Of a stretch of 10,767 nt of DNA, positions 8,266 through 10,767 are shown piece after piece. Position 1 is the first letter of the stretch; each line of letters begins with the position of its first letter. The DNA lies in assembly GCA_039801565.1 (NCBI GenBank), contig JBDRUX010000080.1, positions 1 through 10,767 on the forward strand. The letters are read 5' to 3'. The notes under the pieces are model-generated. The model was not told where the DNA came from and did no database searches. It was given only the letters and a program-made list of their open reading frames with translations. This DNA is from a candidate division WOR-3 bacterium (GTDB taxonomy: Bacteria; Hydrothermota; Tepidihabitantia; Tepidihabitantales; JAOUPE01). The translations under genes were made by a program, and so were the position numbers.

Positions 8266-10392
8266 ATGGGATTTACCCAGCCAAACATCAACCGATTTTG
8301 GCAGATGAACGGAGCAATCTTACCAATACTAATAATACTCATTCAGACCAAACCAACCATTCAGGCAAAGTTAACTTCGATTCGACCCAAGATTGACGGA
8401 CAATTGGAGCCAATTTGGTCTTCGGGTGATTCGGCAAAGAGCTTTATCCAGCAGCGACCCAAAGAAGGCGAACCTGCCACCGAAAGCACCACAGTCTATT
8501 TACTCTATGACCCCGAAAACCTTTATGTTGCTTTCAAGTGTTATTGTCGAAATTTAAAATCGATAAATCGCCAAGTATTACTTCGTGATGAATACAGCGG
8601 TGACCGAGTTGGTTTACTTTTAGATACCTTTGATGACCAGAATACCGGTTACTACTTTGTTATTAATGCCGGCGGAGTCCAAGCCGACTATACCGTTACC
8701 GCGGACTTTCGGAATTGGGATAAATCTTGGGATGGTATTTGGTATTCAGCAGTCAGTCTTACCAATTTTGGCTACTGTGTAGAAATTGCCATTCCGTTTC
8801 GTTCGATTCGCTATAATCCGGACATTAACGAATGGGGCATCAATTTTACCCGTTACATCGCGATTAACGATGAACAATCTTATTGGTCACCGCAATCGAG
8901 GCAAGCGGTCAGAGTATCACAAAGCGGTCGGCTAATTGGTATCAAACCGCAAGTTCGTGGGGCGAATCTCGAAATCTATCCGGTAGCACTCTGCCGATAC
9001 GAGCAAGATGAGAAGATAAAAGTTAAACCTGATGCTGGCTTAGATGTAAGTTGGACTTTGGGTAACGCTGCAACCTTTCGTTTCACCACCAATCCGGACT
9101 TTGCTCAGATTGAAGCCGACCCATCTCAAATCAATTTGGGCAAATATGAATTATGGTATCCGGAACGGCGTCCCTTCTTTATTGAAGATGCTGAAATTTT
9201 CACTACCCCAATCAAATATTTCTATTCGCGACGGATTGGCCGACCCCTACCCAATGGTAAACCTGTTCCAATCCTTGCCGGAGCGAAATTCACTGCTAAA
9301 ATAGCCGAAACCGATATCGGTTTTCTCGATGCCATTTCTCAAAAAGTCAATTACGAAATAGACACCATCGTTAATATTGAACCGCTATCCTATTACCGAG
9401 TTTTAAGGCTGCGCCAATTTGGTTTTGGCAGATTAAAAAATACCAACCTCGGTCTCCACTATGCTACCAAAGTCAGCGAAAATTCCGCTAACACCACTTT
9501 AGGCTTAGACGGTGGATTGCAACATCAGGACTTAGAAATTAAGACTCAAGCCACTTATGCCCAATCGGCTAAACAAAATGAAACCAAAGCCAATTGGGCA
9601 GAATACTCAAGCATTAACTATGAAGGAGAAAAATTCAGCACTTATTTTCAGTTCCTTAATATTCCAAATGATTTTGATGTGAGCGGCATCGGTTTTATTG
9701 CCTATAAAGGCTGGGATTTCACTTGTGGTGGCGGACCAAACTTTTATAACCTTGGGTTCATTCGTTCCTTATCAATCAATAGTAGTTTAAATAGTATGCG
9801 GGAAGGCGGTGAATCAGTTAATAGTTACGGCTGTAATATTTATATCAATTCCAACTATGACAATAACTGGGGAAATTGGTTAGGTTTCACTTATCGCCGG
9901 GATTATGAACAAAATATCGCTTATCCGAAATCGAACGGCGAATTTGGTTTCTGGACCGATGGCGCAAAACCATTATACCTGACCGGAGGCTTGTGGGCAA
10001 CTAACAAAGAATACAACTACCGGCGAAATTATTTTGCCCCAAATGGCAATTTTTATCTCCAATTGAGTTGGCGGTTTAGTCCCAGTGTCAAGACCAATTT
10101 GAATATTAACAATACAACCGAATTCGATACAATTGGAAAAATCGAAGCGGTGAGTTGGATTTTGCGTCCCTCAATCAATTGGGCTTTAACCCGTGAGTTA
10201 CAATTAAGGATTTATTCCGAATTAGACTTTGATACTAAAGTTCATTATTTAAATCTACTTCTTGCCTGGAATTTTAAACCAAAGAGTTGGGTCTATTTGG
10301 CTTTTAACGAAGCGCACGATGCAAACCAAACCAAATTTCCTTTGATTGAACGAATTGGAGTGGTAAAAGTTCGTTACCTTTTCTTTTTCTAA
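8266..10392 (+). CDS. CBM9-like domain + DUF5916-type outer-membrane beta-barrel protein (true start possibly ATG 8305)
   Basis: CBM9-like N-terminus PKIDGQLEPIW..TTVYLLYDPENLYVAF..WDGIWYSA..VEIAIPFRSIRY..WGINFTR; DUF5916-like TNPDFAQIEAD..PERRPFFIE..FYSRRIG; alternating amphipathic strands; C-terminal VKVRYLFFF resembling a Bam beta-signal. Confidence 0.82.
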   Translation: MGFTQPNINRFWQMNGAILPILIILIQTKPTIQAKLTSIRPKIDGQLEPIWSSGDSAKSFIQQRPKEGEPATESTTVYLLYDPENLYVAFKCYCRNLKSINRQVLLRDEYSGDRVGLLLDTFDDQNTGYYFVINAGGVQADYTVTADFRNWDKSWDGIWYSAVSLTNFGYCVEIAIPFRSIRYNPDINEWGINFTRYIAINDEQSYWSPQSRQAVRVSQSGRLIGIKPQVRGANLEIYPVALCRYEQDEKIKVKPDAGLDVSWTLGNAATFRFTTNPDFAQIEADPSQINLGKYELWYPERRPFFIEDAEIFTTPIKYFYSRRIGRPLPNGKPVPILAGAKFTAKIAETDIGFLDAISQKVNYEIDTIVNIEPLSYYRVLRLRQFGFGRLKNTNLGLHYATKVSENSANTTLGLDGGLQHQDLEIKTQATYAQSAKQNETKANWAEYSSINYEGEKFSTYFQFLNIPNDFDVSGIGFIAYKGWDFTCGGGPNFYNLGFIRSLSINSSLNSMREGGESVNSYGCNIYINSNYDNNWGNWLGFTYRRDYEQNIAYPKSNGEFGFWTDGAKPLYLTGGLWATNKEYNYRRNYFAPNGNFYLQLSWRFSPSVKTNLNINNTTEFDTIGKIEAVSWILRPSINWALTRELQLRIYSELDFDTKVHYLNLLLAWNFKPKSWVYLAFNEAHDANQTKFPLIERIGVVKVRYLFFF

Positions 10393-10414
10393 TTAGGAAA
10401 ATCATTTCGCTATA

Positions 10415-10435
10415 TCTCGCCTTTACAAAGGGAGA
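10415..10435. terminator. Imperfect hairpin between the convergent barrel gene and tRNA; possible terminator or processing site
   Basis: TCTC-G-CCTT-TACA-AAGG-GAGA (8-bp stem, 1-nt bulge). No convincing U-tract on either side. Confidence 0.3.
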
Positions 10436-10543
10436 GTCGTTATTTGTAGAGTCCGATGACTGACGAAGGCAAATGCCGAAGGAGGGAGTCGTTACTCGTA
10501 GAGTCCGACGACTGACGAAAGCGAATGCCGAAGGAGGGAGTCG
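10427..10543 (-). repeat. 52-bp tandem repeat (two units plus a degenerate partial) containing the tRNA-Leu 3' end
   Basis: GAGTCG recurs at 10434, 10486 and 10538 (period 52). On the - strand the tRNA 3' 18-mer CGACTCCCTCCTTCGGCA (10543..10526) is copied exactly at 10491..10474 and partially near 10439..10427. The two 34-nt intervening segments differ at 5 positions. Confidence 0.92.
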
Positions 10544-10610
10544 AACCCTCACACCCGAATCGGGTGGCGGATTTTGAGTCCGCTGCGTCTCCCAGTTCCG
10601 CCACTTCGGC
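10526..10610 (-). tRNA. tRNA-Leu (anticodon CAA), 85 nt, CCA not encoded
   Basis: Reverse complement GCCGAAGTGGCGGAACTGGGAGACGCAGCGGACTCAAAATCCGCCACCCGATTCGGGTGTGAGGGTTCGACTCCCTCCTTCGGCA: acceptor GCCGAAG/CTTCGGC, anticodon stem GCGGA/TCCGC with loop CTCAAAA, long variable arm CACCCG/CGGGTG, T arm GAGGG-TTCGACT-CCCTC, discriminator A. Confidence 0.97.
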
Positions 10611-10639
10611 TTTTGGCCAACTTGGGCAGGACTTCAAAA

Positions 10640-10667
10640 ATTTTAATATGGGATTTCGTAAAGTCAA
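10640..10667 (-). promoter_or_regulatory. Putative sigma70-type promoter of tRNA-Leu (TTGACT-N16-TAAAAT)
   Basis: On the - strand, TTGACT at 10667..10662 and TAAAAT at 10645..10640, about 30 nt upstream of the mature tRNA 5' end. Confidence 0.6.
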
Positions 10668-10767
10668 GAAAACGAAACGAGATTTTGGATAAATCCATTT
10701 TCTAAGCGAGCGATAAGACTTTGAATATTTTGATTTTAATCCTAACCAATCAGCAACTTCCGGTTAG

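Noticed and set aside
603..9304. Short alternative-frame ORFs (603..965, 683..931, 3947..4129, 6408..6692, 6499..6711, 6534..6815, 7143..7331, 7605..7799, 7733..7951, 7920..8105, 9101..9304)
   Set aside because: All are nested in well-supported genes and show no recognisable motifs; they are shadow ORFs.
1907..10525. Genomic island integrated at tRNA-Leu
   Set aside because: The att-like copies are adjacent tandem units enclosing only 34 nt. I saw no distal copy or integrase, and the flanking DNA includes essential dnaE.
10427..10543. Mini-CRISPR array (18-nt repeats, 34-nt spacers)
   Set aside because: The spacers are near-identical to each other (29/34), the repeat is the tRNA 3' end, and no cas genes are in the window.
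10304..10667. ORFs 10304..10552 and 10440..10667 on the - strand
   Set aside because: They overlap the tRNA and the tandem repeat. Their repeated peptides (PSFGI..RQSSDST.NDS) just reflect the DNA repeat.

Overview
AT-rich bacterial chromosomal window, mostly housekeeping and cell-envelope genes. The FlgD/T9SS-like C-terminal domain and the DUF5916-type barrel suggest a diderm FCB-related lineage such as WOR-3 (inference only). On the + strand are: a 5'-truncated GH57 alpha-amylase/4-alpha-glucanotransferase (<2..1906); dnaE (2667..6149) with an apparently intact PHP metal site; a lamin-tail/CARDB/FlgD-Ig secreted protein; a protease-less double-PDZ protein; and a CBM9-like/DUF5916 outer-membrane protein. 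On the - strand, the 760-bp gap before dnaE hides a decayed, internally deleted ISNCY/IS481-like DDE transposase remnant. tRNA-Leu(CAA) (10526..10610) converges on the gene cluster. The least explained element is a 52-bp tandem repeat that re-copies the tRNA's 3' 18 nt, each unit carrying a GTAG+hairpin REP-like motif. I see no clear new multi-gene system. The tRNA repeat and the atypical short, Gln-followed signal peptides are the best leads.
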